64,000 nucleotides of DNA from Callorhinchus milii (Eukaryota), in contig NW_024704742.1 in NCBI RefSeq assembly GCF_018977255.1, positions 89,220,001 through 89,284,000 of the forward strand, read 5' to 3'. Positions 63,090 to 64,000 of this stretch are shown piece by piece (position 1 is the stretch's first letter; every line of letters begins with the position of its first letter). Under the pieces are notes generated by a model, which worked only from the letters and a program-made list of their open reading frames with translations, searched no databases and was not told where the DNA came from. Position numbers and translations under genes: made by a program.

Positions 63090-63547
63090 GAAAGTTCTTC
63101 TGAGTTAGAAAGTTATGGGTTCAAGCCCCATATTGGGACATTAAACTCACCACCTTTCAGTATTAGGGGATTGCCTCATTGGCAGGGGTGCCAAATGAGA
63201 TGTTTCCTTGATAAAAATGAAACGATCCTTCACTTTTATGGCTGTTTGTGGGACATTGTAGTGTTCAAATTGGCTGTTAGCTTCACCCTCCAATTCACAC
63301 TCAGTAGATTTTACAAACTTCTTGTCAAGTGTTCTGAGATATTCTTGCCATCACAGGTGCTATATCAAATGCAATGATTTGTGTTAGTACTAAAAGCTGC
63401 AGACCATCCAGAACACTGTGGCCCCTACATTTTCTCACAAAATACACACAATCACACCACTTTACAGTAAATCCTGTGAAGTACTTTGAGACGTCTTGAC
63501 GATGTGATAAGTAGCCACATCAAATGCAAGGATTATTACTATTATTA
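63090..63547 (+). mobile_element. DeuSINE remnant plus a second SINE tail
   Basis: TTCTGAGTTAGAAAGTTATGGGTTCAAGCCCC head, GGCTGTTTGTGGGACATTG and two tails. Confidence 0.7.
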
Positions 63548-63995
63548 TCCTCTCCCATATTAGGGTCCACAGATCATCCCCATCCTTGCTTGGCTCCACT
63601 AGTTCCCAATCCCCCAGCAGATTGACTACAAGATTCTTATCCTTGTGTTCAAATCTCTCCACTGCCTTGCCCTACATTTCTTCTGTGACTTTATACAACC
63701 CCACTGCCCCAGTCACTCCCACCGCTCAGCAAACATCAGTCTGTTCCATCCGCCCACCTTTAGTGGATGAGCTTTCAGCCATTCTGGACTTGATATTTGG
63801 AACTCCATCCCAGAGTCCCTCCAATTTGTCCCCTCTCTCCTGCCTTCAAAATCTACAAGATCTTCAAGACCTGAACACATATCTCTTCCAAAGGTGTTTA
63901 CCTTTTCCCACCCCTCGGCTTGGGCTTCCAGTGTGAAACATTTTGAGACATCCTCCCGACGTGAAAGGTGCTATATAAATGTAAATTGTTTTTGT
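63548..63995 (+). mobile_element. Degenerate L2 3' fragment
   Basis: GATTGACTACAAGATTCTT...; tail GACATCCTCCCGACGTGAAAGGTGCTATATAAATGTAAATTGTT. Confidence 0.8.
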
Positions 63996-64000
63996 AATAA

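Noticed and set aside
1..64000. CRISPR array, retron, intact RT or other prokaryote-type system
   Set aside because: The recurring motifs are dispersed SINE/LINE tails, not regularly spaced repeats. All RT segments are truncated and disrupted, and the DNA is eukaryotic in character.

Overview
Repeat-dense, AT-rich vertebrate non-coding DNA (a large intron or intergenic interval). The repeat complement points to a cartilaginous fish, possibly a chimaera such as Callorhinchus; this is an inference from repeat families recalled from memory. I found no recognisable host protein-coding gene, rRNA, true tRNA gene or CRISPR array. Every ORF in the track with protein-like content is a decayed L2- or CR1-clade LINE ORF2 fragment. 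Main components: (1) a young tRNA-Ala-like SINE with a partial Deu domain and an L2-type (ATT)n tail, in long and internally deleted short subfamilies ('SINE-A'); (2) older full DeuSINEs; (3) 5'-truncated L2 LINEs with (TTG)n tails; (4) CR1 3' fragments; (5) a few MITE-like or hairpin relics. The most unusual signal is at least three short insertions copied from DNA 0.5-1.3 kb away (direct and inverted) and joined by microhomology, as expected from templated-insertion repair. One splice-site cluster near 4.2 kb is a possible host exon. I see no evidence of a new enzymatic or defence system. Boundaries were read by eye and are approximate (roughly 10-30 bp).
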